27,371 nucleotides of DNA, taken from assembly GCA_964615185.1 (NCBI GenBank), contig CAZTOS010000026.1, forward strand, positions 1 to 27,371. Reading direction: 5' to 3'. This document shows positions 1-10,305 of the stretch, one piece after another; position 1 is the stretch's first letter; each line of letters starts with the position of its first letter. The notes under the pieces were generated by a model that worked only from the letters and a program-made list of their open reading frames with translations, was not told the DNA's origin and did not search any database. The translations under genes were made by a program, and so were the position numbers. This DNA comes from an uncultured Thermococci archaeon. Its GTDB lineage: Archaea; Methanobacteriota_B; Thermococci; Thermococcales; Thermococcaceae.

Positions 1-515
1 TAAAACTTCACCCTCTCAATCTGATAATATACAATGTCACTGTCTTCATCAACAACCGCCATGATCATTTTCTTCCTCACTCCGTGTGCAACCCTTATTC
101 TTGCCGTTAGATCATTTGGAAACATTTTTTGGCTCTCACTTACAACCCAAACGAGCCAGTCTGAATGCTCCTCCATTCCTTTGCGATAAACTCTAAAGTG
201 AGAGCCGTATTTGAGGGCAGTTTTTACAACATATCCCCTATCTCTTAAATCTTTGTACACTAAAAACTTCAGGTCAAACTGCTCGTCTTTCTTTCTTCCT
301 AAATCAAAGAGCTCTCTCAAACTTAACTCCTTTTCGCTATCAAAGACCTTGATCTTCCCTTTATCCATTAAATACGCAGCTTCAATTAGAGATAAGAAAA
401 GCTTTCCATTGACAACTTCTCCAAAATATCGCTTGTTGTAAAACTGATTTATTGCCTTCTCTCTTTCACTGAAAACCCTTTCCCCGCTTAGATAAAAAGC
501 TATTGGTTCCTTCAA
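1..515 (-). CDS. endA: tRNA-splicing endonuclease (last base of the stop codon lies outside the window)
   Basis: Manual translation from TTG at 515 gives MKEPIAFYLSGERVFS...LSLIEAAYL...VYKDLRDRGYVVKTALKYGSHFRVYRKGMEEHSDWLV...ARIRVAHGVRKKMIMAVVDEDSDIVYYQIERVKF, 171 aa, followed by TA at the window edge. EndA catalytic Tyr/His/Lys motifs are present. The start overlaps the rimI stop (TTGA). An alternative ATG lies at 530. Confidence 0.93.
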   Translation of the reverse strand, partial: MKEPIAFYLSGERVFSEREKAINQFYNKRYFGEVVNGKLFLSLIEAAYLMDKGKIKVFDSEKELSLRELFDLGRKKDEQFDLKFLVYKDLRDRGYVVKTALKYGSHFRVYRKGMEEHSDWLVWVVSESQKMFPNDLTARIRVAHGVRKKMIMAVVDEDSDIVYYQIERVKF

Positions 516-1021
516 TTCCCTCCCCTCCATTCGTTCGCTGGCAAGACCATGTAATACGCATCCTCTCCATCTGAATAGTAGCTGATAATCCTCTTTACCT
601 TCCTAAAGCCAAGTCCCTCATAAAGCTTTATCGCCCTTTCATTACTAACCCTAACCTCCAATCCTATGTACTTAGCTCCTCTTTTTATGAGCCTATTGAT
701 CACTGAAATCATCAAAGCCTTGCCTATCCCATTCCCTCTGTAGAGGGGATCAACGGCTATGCTCATCACATGTCCTTCTAAATCAGGTTTTAAATAAGCC
801 ATAACATAACCTACAACTTTCCCGTTATACTCAGCAACCAGAAAAGTGTCTGGGTTGTTCTCTAAGAACATCATAAAAAGTCCTCTCGGATACTGTTCTT
901 TGAATGATTGATGTTCTATTCTGACTATCTCTGGCAAATCGAAAAGTCTTGCAGGCCTAATGACTACTAAACTTAGAGGGATCCTTTTCATTTGTGGTAG
1001 GTCTCTTGAAGAGGCACTCAT
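512..1021 (-). CDS. rimI: GNAT N-terminal acetyltransferase (RimI/Ard1-like)
   Basis: SIAVDPLYRGNGIG acetyl-CoA motif, LEVRVSNERAIKLY, YYSDGEDA. Confidence 0.9.
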   Translation of the reverse strand: MSASSRDLPQMKRIPLSLVVIRPARLFDLPEIVRIEHQSFKEQYPRGLFMMFLENNPDTFLVAEYNGKVVGYVMAYLKPDLEGHVMSIAVDPLYRGNGIGKALMISVINRLIKRGAKYIGLEVRVSNERAIKLYEGLGFRKVKRIISYYSDGEDAYYMVLPANEWRGGN

Positions 1022-1096
1022 ATTTTAATTTACTCTCCAGAGGCTTTTAACATTTTGGGAGCAAGATTTAAAAGATTTCATGAAGAGCTATGCTCA

Positions 1097-1149
1097 GTGA
1101 TGAGTGCCCTTGATCCTGATGAAAAGATGATGAGCGGATTCCTGGCTGA
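1097..1149 (+). ncRNA. Box C/D 2'-O-methylation guide sRNA
   Basis: C GTGATGA 1097-1103, 12-nt guide GTGCCCTTGATC, D' CTGA 1116-1119, C' ATGATGA 1127-1133, 12-nt guide GCGGATTCCTGG, D CTGA 1146-1149. TTTAAAA at 1067-1073 upstream and a T-rich tract downstream. Confidence 0.88.
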
Positions 1150-1170
1150 TTTCTCCTTTTGTTTATTGAC

Positions 1171-1181
1171 AAAGGTTTATA
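1171..1181 (+). promoter_or_regulatory. BRE/TATA promoter of the herA operon
   Basis: AAAGGTTTATA about 35 nt before the ATG, followed by SD GAAGGTGGT. Confidence 0.6.
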
Positions 1182-1215
1182 TTCACATCAAGAGTAATTA
1201 TGAGAAGGTGGTAAT

Positions 1216-2949
1216 ATGAAAATAACAGAAGATGTCATTGGTATAGTCAGAGGTGAGGCAACTGTCACAAATTATACATTCTCTGCTCAACCTGATGCTG
1301 AATTACGATTCGGAGAATTTGTTGTTGCTCAAAATAGGGAGGGTGAGTGGGTTATTGGCAATATTAGAAAGCTTGAAAATATAAACTGGCTTCTCAGCGG
1401 AGGAAAAAGCACTTATCATGCTCTTCAATTGGATTTAGAACAATATGGGGATAGTATTGAAGCTAACGAGGAACTTATAGCTACTGTAAGAATCCTTGGT
1501 AAAATCAAAATTAACGGGGAAAAAGTTGAAGTTTTGCCGAATAGGGTGCCCATTCCCAATGGCAGAAAGGTGTATCGTTTAAGCGACGAAGTTCTCAAGG
1601 CAATATATAATCCTGGAGTTGGATATATAGAGGTTGGGAATCTTCTTTTGAGAGAGAGTGTTCCAATTTATCTGAATGCCGATGAGCTCGTTTCAAGGCA
1701 TTTTGCAGTTTTGGCTGTTACGGGCGCTGGTAAATCAAATACTATAGCCGTGATGATTAGTCAGATTGTTGAAAAGCTCAGGGGGACAGTTGTTGTTCTC
1801 GACCCTCATGGAGATTACATTAAGCTAAAGCTTCCAAATACAGGAAAAGAGTATGTCAAGATAATTGAAGCTAAAATAAGACCGGAAGAGATGGACAGTG
1901 AGGAATTGGCTGATTTGATTGAGGTTGCCAGGAATGCAACAATTCAAAGGGAGTTCTTGGCTAAGGCTTGGGAAACCGTTAAGCATGACTATCCAAACCT
2001 GGGTGGCAGAGAGATTATCGAAAAGCTCATGGAAACAATAAGTGATTGGATAAGGCACAAAGAAGCGAGGTATTGGGATGGAGCAAAGCAGAGTTATCTT
2101 ACTGAAGAACTCAAGTCGGAGAGAGTTGATACTTTGAGGGGAGTTGTTCTTAGAATCAGAAGATTTCTAAGAAACTATGGAGCATTATTGACAAGTGAGG
2201 ATCTAATTTCCCAGATTGAGCCGGGTAAAGCTAATGTCATTGATTTGGGTCCTTTGGATGAGGGGCAGATGAAAGTTGTTGTTGGTAAGCTTCTGCATGC
2301 TATATTTGAGGCGAGAGTGGATTATGAAAAAGCAAGGAAGAAGCTTGAACGCATAAAAGAAGAATTGAGAGAAAGCAGAGTTGCCAGAACTTCAAAGCTT
2401 AAGGAAGAAATGAGAGAGCTTGAGAAAACTATGAAGGATATTGAAGCTAAGAGCAAGGCTCTCGCTGAGCCAATCCTTCTGATTGTGGAAGAGGCTCACA
2501 TCTTTGCTCCACAAGGAGAACACAATGACGCTGTAAGAATTTTAAGCAGAATTGCAAGAGAAGGTAGAAAATTTGGAGTTGGTTTGGGAATAGTGTCTCA
2601 AAGACCAAATAAGCTCAATGAAGACGTTTTGAGCCAAACAAACACGAAGATAATTTTGAGGATTGTGAATCCAAAAGACCAAGATTATGTTCTCAAAGCG
2701 AGTGAGCAACTGAGCTCTGATTTGCTCTCAGATATTGCCTCTCTCGGTAAGGGTGAGGCTGTAATAGTTGGTCAAGCAATTGCTCTGCCTGCTTTGGTTA
2801 AAATACACAACTTCAAATCTAAAGGCGGAGATTACGGTGGTGAAGATATAGGAGTTGTCTCAAGATGGCTCAAGAGGGCTGAGGAAGAAGAAAGGGAGAG
2901 GAAAATTCAGCAAATTTATGAGGATGAGGGGATAGAGTATGACCTTTAA
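1216..2949 (+). CDS. herA: HerA bipolar DNA helicase/translocase
   Basis: N-terminal HAS barrel, [14 protein letters not shown]alker [14 protein letters not shown] Walker [14 protein letters not shown]. First gene of the mre11-rad50-nurA operon. Confidence 0.95.
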   Translation: MKITEDVIGIVRGEATVTNYTFSAQPDAELRFGEFVVAQNREGEWVIGNIRKLENINWLLSGGKSTYHALQLDLEQYGDSIEANEELIATVRILGKIKINGEKVEVLPNRVPIPNGRKVYRLSDEVLKAIYNPGVGYIEVGNLLLRESVPIYLNADELVSRHFAVLAVTGAGKSNTIAVMISQIVEKLRGTVVVLDPHGDYIKLKLPNTGKEYVKIIEAKIRPEEMDSEELADLIEVARNATIQREFLAKAWETVKHDYPNLGGREIIEKLMETISDWIRHKEARYWDGAKQSYLTEELKSERVDTLRGVVLRIRRFLRNYGALLTSEDLISQIEPGKANVIDLGPLDEGQMKVVVGKLLHAIFEARVDYEKARKKLERIKEELRESRVARTSKLKEEMRELEKTMKDIEAKSKALAEPILLIVEEAHIFAPQGEHNDAVRILSRIAREGRKFGVGLGIVSQRPNKLNEDVLSQTNTKIILRIVNPKDQDYVLKASEQLSSDLLSDIASLGKGEAVIVGQAIALPALVKIHNFKSKGGDYGGEDIGVVSRWLKRAEEEERERKIQQIYEDEGIEYDL

Positions 2950-4237
2950 ATTTGCTCATATTGCTGACGTCCATCTTGGATTTGAGCAGTATCGCCTGCC
3001 CTATAGGGCTGAAGAGTTTAGAGAAGCCTTTGAAATGGCGATAAAAAAAGCAGTTGAGGAGAAAGTTGATTTTATCTTGATAGCTGGAGATTTATTCCAC
3101 AGGAGTAATCCAAGCCCTCAGACTATTAAAGATGCTATTGATATTTTGTCGATTCCAAAAGAAGCTAACATTCCAGTTTTTGCCGTTGAAGGAAATCATG
3201 ACAGAACTCAGAAGAGAATCTCCGCCTATCATCTCCTTGAGTCTTTGGGGTTGATTTATCTTCTTGGATTCAGCGAGGAGAAAAAGGAGAATAAATACCA
3301 AACTACAGAGAAAGTCAACGGAAAATTAATTGTCAAAGGAGTTTTTGAGAAAGGGAATAAGAGCATTGAGATTTATGGAATGAAGTTCATGAGTGCCGCA
3401 TGGTTTGAGAGAAATAAGCTCAGCGATTATTTCAAACCAAGTGGAGATGCCATATTGATGCTCCATCAGGGAATAAAGGAGATGATGGACAAGCTTTATC
3501 TTGAAACCCAGAGAGATTACTTTGAGATAAGCCTTGAAGACTTGCCAAATGGATTTCTCTACTATGCAATGGGTCATATACACAAGAGGTGGCAGACGAG
3601 CAAGGGTCTTGGCATCGTAGCTTATCCTGGTTCACTGCAGAGGTGGGACTTTGGGGATTATGAGACAAGATATAGATGGGATGGAAATAAGTTCTTACCT
3701 CAAGCTGGAGAGGACAAGGGCTTTTTGATAGTTGAAGATTTTAAGCCTCAGTTCATTAAACTAGACGTCAGACCTTTCTATGATATTAGGATAAAGGCAA
3801 ATGAGAGTGTTGCAAGAAGGGAGCTGAAAAGGTTAGTGGCAAAGATACCGAGTGAGGCATTCTTAAGAGTTCACATTGAATGGGAAAAGCCCTTTGACGT
3901 TTCTTTCCTTCATGATGTTTTCAAGGTTAAATATCTTTACATAAGGACAAAGTTCGGCAAAGTTTCTCCCTTGAAGGCAAAAGGGACAACTGCAAGCGAA
4001 TTTTTCACACCTACAGAGCTTAAGGTAATTGAGAGAGTTGGAGAGAAGGACTTTGAGGAGTTTGATGAGATAATAAAGCTCATTTTAGAAGACATGGCTG
4101 CTGAGAAAGTCGTTGAGAAGGAAAAGACAGAAGAAAAGCTCCAAAAACAAGTGGAAAGAGAGGTAAAGGTCAAAAAAACTGAGAAAAAAGTTCCTCCAAA
4201 GAAAAAATCTGACATTTTAGCGTGGCTGAAGGGGTGA
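2939..4237 (+). CDS. mre11: Mre11 DNA double-strand break repair nuclease
   Basis: ADVHLG, AGDLFH, EGNHD, LHQ and MGHIH metallophosphoesterase motifs, YPGSL. Confidence 0.96.
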   Translation: MTFKFAHIADVHLGFEQYRLPYRAEEFREAFEMAIKKAVEEKVDFILIAGDLFHRSNPSPQTIKDAIDILSIPKEANIPVFAVEGNHDRTQKRISAYHLLESLGLIYLLGFSEEKKENKYQTTEKVNGKLIVKGVFEKGNKSIEIYGMKFMSAAWFERNKLSDYFKPSGDAILMLHQGIKEMMDKLYLETQRDYFEISLEDLPNGFLYYAMGHIHKRWQTSKGLGIVAYPGSLQRWDFGDYETRYRWDGNKFLPQAGEDKGFLIVEDFKPQFIKLDVRPFYDIRIKANESVARRELKRLVAKIPSEAFLRVHIEWEKPFDVSFLHDVFKVKYLYIRTKFGKVSPLKAKGTTASEFFTPTELKVIERVGEKDFEEFDEIIKLILEDMAAEKVVEKEKTEEKLQKQVEREVKVKKTEKKVPPKKKSDILAWLKG

Positions 4238-4241
4238 GAGT

Positions 4242-6893
4242 ATGAGAATTGAAAAAATCATTGTGAGGGACTTCCGCTCTCATGAATTTACCAAAGTAAC
4301 CTTTACGTCTGGAATAAATCTGATAATAGGTCAAAACGGTTCTGGAAAAAGCTCTCTACTTGATGCGATACTCGTTGGCTTATACTGGCCTACAAAACCT
4401 AAAGACCTCAAAAAAGACAGCTTCCTTCGTGTTAATGGAAAAAGCACAGAGATAACGATATTCTTCGAAAAAGATGGAGTGAAATATCAAGTTCACCGCA
4501 ACATAACGAGGGGCATTGCCTTTGCTAAGTACTACGACGGAACTTGGCACTATGTAACCGAGGCCAATCAAAAAGCTGTGAGACACTGGATGGAAAAGCT
4601 TATTCCTTATGACATTTTTGTCAATGCAATTTACATAAGACAGGGGGAGATTGATGCAATACTCGAGAGTGATGAAAACAGAGAAAAAGTTGTAAGGAAA
4701 GTATTAGGGCTTGATAAATACGAGAACGCATATAAAAATCTCCTTGAGGTCAGAAAAGTAATAGACTCCAAAATTAAAGGAATTGAAGAATACTTGAACG
4801 CTATGAAGAACATAGATGATATGATTAAAGAGGCTGAGAAAGAACTAAGTAGTGCTATTAAGCAGATAAACGAGCTTTCTCCTCAAATTCCAAAACTTAG
4901 AAGGGAAGTTGAGGAGCTTGAGAAAAAATTAGACGAACTTGACAAACTTGCCGAAGAGCTTGAGAAGTTAAAAGAAAGCAAGTCTGGGATTGAGAAATCC
5001 CTTGAAGGAATAAACGCAAAGATAAATTCCCTTGCTACTTCCATAGCTGAGAGGGAGTCAAAGGTTAAAGAACTTGAAGAAAAAGTCAAAGAGCTTGAGA
5101 AAATTAAGCCCGAAGCGGAAAGATACAAAGAGCTTGAAGAATTTTATAGAGAGTACAGCGATGTGAAAACCAAGGCAGAAAAAGAGATTGAGGGATATGA
5201 AGGTCGGATAGCTCAGATTGAGGAAAGACTTAAGGAGCTGGAGAGAGAGGCAGAGGAACTTGAGGAATTACAAGAGAAAATATCCGAAATTGACGAACAG
5301 CTTGGAGAACTGGAGGAATATGCCAAGCAGTATGATGAAGCCTTAAGAATTAAAAAGACGATTGAATCCCTCAGAAAAAGGCTCAGCTTAAGTGAGGATG
5401 AACTTAAAAAGCTCAAAGCTGAAATCGAAAACGCTAAGCAGAGGAAAGAGGAAATTCTCAGGGAGATTAAAGAAATTGAAGGAAAAAAGGGAGAGCTGAG
5501 AAATGCCACAAGTGAGAAGAACAAGGCTATTTTGGAGCTCAGGAAAGCCAAGGGCAGATGTCCGGTTTGTGGAGCTGAACTAACGGAGAAGCACAGGGAA
5601 GAATTAATCAAAAAATACACTCTGGAAATTGAAAGCTATGCAAAAGAAATGAAGCAGCTTACGAAGAGGGAAACGGAACTCAGGGCTGAGCTTGTAAACA
5701 TTGAGAAGATACTGAAAAAGGAAAAGGATGTTATAACTAACGAGGAGATTCTCAATCAAATACAAGAGAATGAGAAGAGACTCTCCGAATTTAACCTCAA
5801 GGAACTTGAGGAGAAAGTTAAGAAGTATGAGAACCTCTCTGCTGAGAAGAACAAGCTTGAGGGAAAATTAAGGAGCATTCAGGATGAACTGAAGAAAAAA
5901 ACTGCTTTGGAGAAGAAGAGAAATTATTTGGAGAGAAAAATTTTGGAAATCAAAGCCAATCTACATGGGTATGAAGCTAAACTTAAAAATCTCGGATTTG
6001 AGAACATCGACACTCTAAAAGCTGAGATTGAGAGGTTGAAACCAATTTATGAAAAATATCTAAAGCTCTTGAACTCGGAGAAAGAACTCAAAGCTGAGAG
6101 AGAACGTCTTCAAAGGGACAAGAACGAATTAGAGATACTTAAAAAGAAAAAAGTTGGGCTGGAAAAAGCTCTTTCTGAACTCAGTGAGAATTTAAAGGAA
6201 CTGGAAAGGAAGTATAGCAAAGATGAACACAGAAAACTCAGAGAAGAGCATAGGGAAAAGAGGGATGCACTTATAAAGGCAGAAACTGAGCTCGAAAATC
6301 TTGAAAAGAGGAAAGAAGAGCTGATCAAAAACTTGGAGAACTTAAGGAATGAGAAAGAAAACGTTAAAATCAAGAGAAAGGAGCTTGAAGACTTAAAGAA
6401 AGCCCGTGAGAGGGTTGAAGAGTTGAGAAAAAAAGTCAGAATGTTCAAGAATATTCTCAAGGAAGATGCCTTGGCAAAAGTTGGAGAATATGCAAGTGAA
6501 ATCTTTGAGGAGCTGACAGAGGAGAAGTATTCGGGGATAACCGTAAGGGCTAAGGAGAACAAGGTTGTTCTTGGCGTTATTTATGATGGAAAGGAAAGGG
6601 ATTTGTCATTCTTAAGTGGTGGTGAAAGGATAGCACTTGGACTGGCATTTAGGCTGGCTTTGTCCCTGTATCTGGCTGGGGAAATTCCTCTACTTATAAT
6701 GGATGAGCCAACGCCTTATCTTGATGACGAGAGAAGGAGAAGGCTCGTTGATATAATGGAACGCTACCTTAGGAGAATTCCGCAGGTAATCATAGTTTCT
6801 CACGATGAGGAGCTGAAAGACGCTGCAGATAGGGTCATTAGGGTTAGACTTGAGAATGGAGTCTCGAAAGTGGAAGAGGTCGAGGTGAGCTGA
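4242..6893 (+). CDS. rad50: Rad50 DNA double-strand break repair ATPase
   Basis: GQNGSGKSS Walker A, long coiled coil with CPVC zinc hook, LSGGE signature, IMDEPT Walker B, VSH. Confidence 0.97.
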   Translation: MRIEKIIVRDFRSHEFTKVTFTSGINLIIGQNGSGKSSLLDAILVGLYWPTKPKDLKKDSFLRVNGKSTEITIFFEKDGVKYQVHRNITRGIAFAKYYDGTWHYVTEANQKAVRHWMEKLIPYDIFVNAIYIRQGEIDAILESDENREKVVRKVLGLDKYENAYKNLLEVRKVIDSKIKGIEEYLNAMKNIDDMIKEAEKELSSAIKQINELSPQIPKLRREVEELEKKLDELDKLAEELEKLKESKSGIEKSLEGINAKINSLATSIAERESKVKELEEKVKELEKIKPEAERYKELEEFYREYSDVKTKAEKEIEGYEGRIAQIEERLKELEREAEELEELQEKISEIDEQLGELEEYAKQYDEALRIKKTIESLRKRLSLSEDELKKLKAEIENAKQRKEEILREIKEIEGKKGELRNATSEKNKAILELRKAKGRCPVCGAELTEKHREELIKKYTLEIESYAKEMKQLTKRETELRAELVNIEKILKKEKDVITNEEILNQIQENEKRLSEFNLKELEEKVKKYENLSAEKNKLEGKLRSIQDELKKKTALEKKRNYLERKILEIKANLHGYEAKLKNLGFENIDTLKAEIERLKPIYEKYLKLLNSEKELKAERERLQRDKNELEILKKKKVGLEKALSELSENLKELERKYSKDEHRKLREEHREKRDALIKAETELENLEKRKEELIKNLENLRNEKENVKIKRKELEDLKKARERVEELRKKVRMFKNILKEDALAKVGEYASEIFEELTEEKYSGITVRAKENKVVLGVIYDGKERDLSFLSGGERIALGLAFRLALSLYLAGEIPLLIMDEPTPYLDDERRRRLVDIMERYLRRIPQVIIVSHDEELKDAADRVIRVRLENGVSKVEEVEVS

Positions 6894-8237
6894 ATGTATC
6901 GCCTAATTTCGAAGGATCAAGCAGATAAAATTCTCAATATGCTCATCAGTGAGCTTAGAGAAGCTGAGAATGTTTTGAGTGGAAAAATTGAGTGGAAACC
7001 TCTGCCGGAAAAGAAAGAGAGCAAGGTTTATGCCGTTGATGGTAGTCAAGGGAAGGCAAGACTAAGCGGAACGATAATCTATACCGTTGCATCTTTTGCC
7101 TTTGGTAATGGCAAAAGCGCACGTCTGGTTTATACCAATGCTATGATCTACAATCACGGAATATCTGACCAGATAATTAGGTTGCAGATGGAAACTCTTG
7201 AGAACAAGCTTGGTGCCTTAGTTGGGACTGGAGAGCACATGATTTTGATGGACGGAACACTTACGGGTTCTTTAACGAGACCCCCGGTTTATCCGGAGAG
7301 TGTGAGGGGTATAACTACCGTGATGAATGCCTTAGGCGAGAAAAGCTTAGAACATCTTATTGATGATTTTATCCATAAACTTAATGACCACTATGAAGAG
7401 CTTGAAAGGAAGCTCGCAGAAAAGAGAGAAATCCGAGAGTCCGTGATATTGGCAGATGAAGTGGTGGACGAATACTCAGAGTTTTATAAGGCCATGGAGG
7501 GATACACATACAGGGATGCACCTCTCCCGAGTAATCTCAGAAAACTGAAAGTTTCATTAATCACGCTTCAAGAGGCTGCCGAAAGGGGAGAAACCATTGA
7601 GGATGTTATAAACCGCTATCTCTCCGAATATGGGGAAGAAAAGACATTGACTCTTGAAGATGCCAAGAACACCATTCATGTCGTTTTGGGCTACCTTGAA
7701 TATCTCTACTCTCTCGAAAAGCTTCTCCAGAGAGAACTTATATACATCGCAAAGAGCTTTTATAACAGAAAAATTACTTCAAAACTCGGCATCAGTGCTG
7801 TTGATGTTCCATTCCTTGATGCTTATCTGCTCAAGGTTTATGGAGAAGAGATTCCGGGCTATTACGTGATTTACGACCCAGAGAAAACCGAGGAGAAAAG
7901 GAAGATAGCTCACCGTTTGCCAAAGATTTTGAGAAGATATTTCCCAACTGTTCAAGAGTTCATAAAAAAAGGAGTCCCATCAGCTTACATCAGGACAATG
8001 AAAGGTGGAGTTATATACCTGCTTCAATCTAACCGCACAATCAATGATGAACTCATAGGAAAGCTTCTCTGGCATGAGAGTAGCGGATATATAAGACCTC
8101 TTCAGAGGGCGCATGAAGGAGTAAAGATTGAGCAGAAGATGTTCAAGGCAGAGCTTGAGGCTCTCATGAACTACTTAAAGAGGAAAAACAAAGAGCTGAG
8201 GGTTTTCATAAAATATGGAAGGTCGCCTTTGGAGTAA
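6894..8237 (+). CDS. nurA: NurA 5'-3' nuclease
   Basis: YAVDGS, METLE, LMDGTL, IAKS and [11 protein letters not shown] motifs. Starts immediately after the rad50 stop. Confidence 0.94.
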   Translation: MYRLISKDQADKILNMLISELREAENVLSGKIEWKPLPEKKESKVYAVDGSQGKARLSGTIIYTVASFAFGNGKSARLVYTNAMIYNHGISDQIIRLQMETLENKLGALVGTGEHMILMDGTLTGSLTRPPVYPESVRGITTVMNALGEKSLEHLIDDFIHKLNDHYEELERKLAEKREIRESVILADEVVDEYSEFYKAMEGYTYRDAPLPSNLRKLKVSLITLQEAAERGETIEDVINRYLSEYGEEKTLTLEDAKNTIHVVLGYLEYLYSLEKLLQRELIYIAKSFYNRKITSKLGISAVDVPFLDAYLLKVYGEEIPGYYVIYDPEKTEEKRKIAHRLPKILRRYFPTVQEFIKKGVPSAYIRTMKGGVIYLLQSNRTINDELIGKLLWHESSGYIRPLQRAHEGVKIEQKMFKAELEALMNYLKRKNKELRVFIKYGRSPLE

Positions 8238-9974
8238 TTATTTTTCAATTCCCCTCCTTACCTTCACAGCTAACCCTTGCTGGAATATCTTAAGCTCTTT
8301 TCCACTGAGCAGAGTCTGTCCAGTGGCTAAAAGCTCATCGTTTTTGTTGACAACCAAAACCTCATCATATGGTCTTATGTTCTCATCCGCATCAATCACG
8401 AACTTTGCAAAGACATTCTTTCCTTTCCTCGCGAAAGGTTCTGCATCCTCATTGACAACGACTCTCATCCTTGGATAGGGCAGAATCCTGTGAAGCCTCT
8501 TTGCTCCTTCAATTCCAAGTGTCAATAGTCCATCTTCAGCCCTAAATGTTGCCAAATGCTTGCCTTTAGCCTTTATCTGTCTTGGCATTCCTGTCTTCCT
8601 TGACAGCTCAACAAATGCATCTTTGAAAGCTTCACCAGCTCCTTCGCCAAATTGGTACTCTGCCACAGCTTGGATGTAGAGTCTTGCCTCGTTTTTCTTT
8701 GGCTTCTCAATTGTGAATTCCTCTTCTCCTTCACTCTGGGCAAAAGGATAGCTCAAGCTCAAATACTTTGGAATCTCACCAAAGATTGGATGGTTTATAG
8801 TTTCAGGGAACTTCTGCTTAACCCTTTCAGCCCTCTGCTTGGCTCTCCAAACTATGGGTGTTCCCATTATTTCTTCGCTAACTTTAAAGAAAGCCGAGCT
8901 TTTTGTTATCGGCTCGTTTTCTTCAAGGTAATCTCTGTACTCAAGCAGCCTCTTGTATGCAGAGAAAAGCTTTGGATGGGACCTTGAGCGCTCATCAACT
9001 AACCTCCAGAGTTCTCCTTCCTTTATTGCCTGCTTTACTCTGTTCAGCTCCTCTCTAATCACCCAGAGGTTGTGGAGTGCAAGCATCTCAACCCTTTCCT
9101 CTTTTGGCATTTCCCTGAGCTCTTGGGGTGTATAACGAGAGCAGACAGGGCAGGAGCATGGGAAGTATTCGAGCTCACTCAAATGCTTAGTTCCCTCCGG
9201 GGTTAAGTAGCGGTCATCTTTTGCATATAGGGCGTAGCTTGCCGAATCAAACAAGTCAATTCCCATAGCAACAGCTAATGCAAATATCATCGGATGGCCT
9301 GCACCGAAGAGATGGACGGGTCTGTCGGGTCTCAAGCCGAGCTTTGAAGCAATAACAACGTCAACCAAGTCCCTGTAACGGTAGGACTCCATCAAGGGAA
9401 CGACCGCCCCGATTGGATGAATCTCAAAGTTCATCTCGCTTAGCTTTTTAGCGGCGTAAGTTCTTAAGTCAAGGTATGTTGAACCTTGAACTGTTGCATT
9501 CATTGGGATCTGCTTTATCTCTTCAGCTTCCTTAGCTCTCTCTAAGGTTATCTTTAAGTCTTCTTCAGCTTTTTCCCTTGGAGCATCTGGAATTGTTGGA
9601 ACGTCAAGGAAAGTTCCAATGTCCACGCCGATTTTGTGCTGGAACTCGATGATCTCTCTGTTGGTTACATCTACTCCACCGTAGCGCATGAGCTGGAATG
9701 AGCCGGAATCAACTTCAATTATGCCGTCATAGTCCAAAAGCTTGTGAATTCCTATTTCAAGAGCTTTTTGTCTTAACTCTTCATCTTTGTAAATGATGTA
9801 TGAGTTCGTGATTATTATGTTGAATCCCATCTCTTTCAGCTCTTTTGGAGTTACTATGAGCTGTTTTGGATTGATTACAGGCATTATAGCTGGAGTTTCA
9901 ATTTTCTTTCCATTAACTTCAAGCTTCCCAATTCTACCAGCAGCATCTCTCGCTTTTATCTCAAACTTAAACAT
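8238..9974 (-). CDS. tgtA: Archaeosine tRNA-guanine(15) transglycosylase
   Basis: ETPAIMPV, VDSGSFQ, HLFGAG, DLFDSA, CSCPVC...H zinc site, C-terminal PUA domain. Confidence 0.96.
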   Translation of the reverse strand: MFKFEIKARDAAGRIGKLEVNGKKIETPAIMPVINPKQLIVTPKELKEMGFNIIITNSYIIYKDEELRQKALEIGIHKLLDYDGIIEVDSGSFQLMRYGGVDVTNREIIEFQHKIGVDIGTFLDVPTIPDAPREKAEEDLKITLERAKEAEEIKQIPMNATVQGSTYLDLRTYAAKKLSEMNFEIHPIGAVVPLMESYRYRDLVDVVIASKLGLRPDRPVHLFGAGHPMIFALAVAMGIDLFDSASYALYAKDDRYLTPEGTKHLSELEYFPCSCPVCSRYTPQELREMPKEERVEMLALHNLWVIREELNRVKQAIKEGELWRLVDERSRSHPKLFSAYKRLLEYRDYLEENEPITKSSAFFKVSEEIMGTPIVWRAKQRAERVKQKFPETINHPIFGEIPKYLSLSYPFAQSEGEEEFTIEKPKKNEARLYIQAVAEYQFGEGAGEAFKDAFVELSRKTGMPRQIKAKGKHLATFRAEDGLLTLGIEGAKRLHRILPYPRMRVVVNEDAEPFARKGKNVFAKFVIDADENIRPYDEVLVVNKNDELLATGQTLLSGKELKIFQQGLAVKVRRGIEK

Positions 9975-10112
9975 TTCTCAACACCAAAAGGAAATAGAAA
10001 AGGGGGTTTAAAAGGTATTCCAAAGCATTCTCTTGGAATGTTTCTTGTAGTGGTCTTTGGCCAGATACTGTTGGGATAAGCGGTGGGGCGTTAGGTTAAG
10101 TTTGATGCCTCT

Positions 10113-10295
10113 TCAGAAGAGAAAGAGGAGAAACATGAGGGACAGAAGCATAATATACTGGGTCTTAAAATCTTTTTGCCGGAGCAAGACTCCACCAGAA
10201 AATCAGGGGCTACAGGCAAGTCGCAGAAATAGTGGAAGTGAATGAATGGCTTCAGGATGCGATGGTACAATTATCCTGACAGTATGCAAATCCAT
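10113..10295 (-). pseudogene. Possible degraded small membrane-protein gene, or a 30-aa ORF
   Basis: SD GAGGTGA (10306-10300) lies 4 nt before ATG 10295. A 30-codon ORF ends at TGA 10203, and the same frame continues FSGGVLLRQKDFKTQYIMLLSLMFLLFLF to TGA 10113. Confidence 0.3.
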
Positions 10296-10305
10296 GCCAT
10301 CACCT

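Noticed and set aside
211..441. 76-aa plus-strand ORF
   Set aside because: Antisense shadow of endA.
1080..1100. Extra C-like box ATGAAGA...GTGA suggesting a three-guide sRNA
   Set aside because: The spacer is only 10 nt, the D-like box overlaps the real C box, and the TATA at 1067-1073 puts the transcription start downstream of it.
4800..6450. Recurrent GAGCTTGAG/GAACTTGA motifs and long antisense ORFs
   Set aside because: These are explained by Glu/Leu/Lys codons of the Rad50 coiled coil. It is not a repeat array, and the antisense ORFs are shadows.
10057..10245. 62-aa plus-strand ORF
   Set aside because: TTG start with no clear SD and no recognisable motif. The minus-strand reading has better signals.
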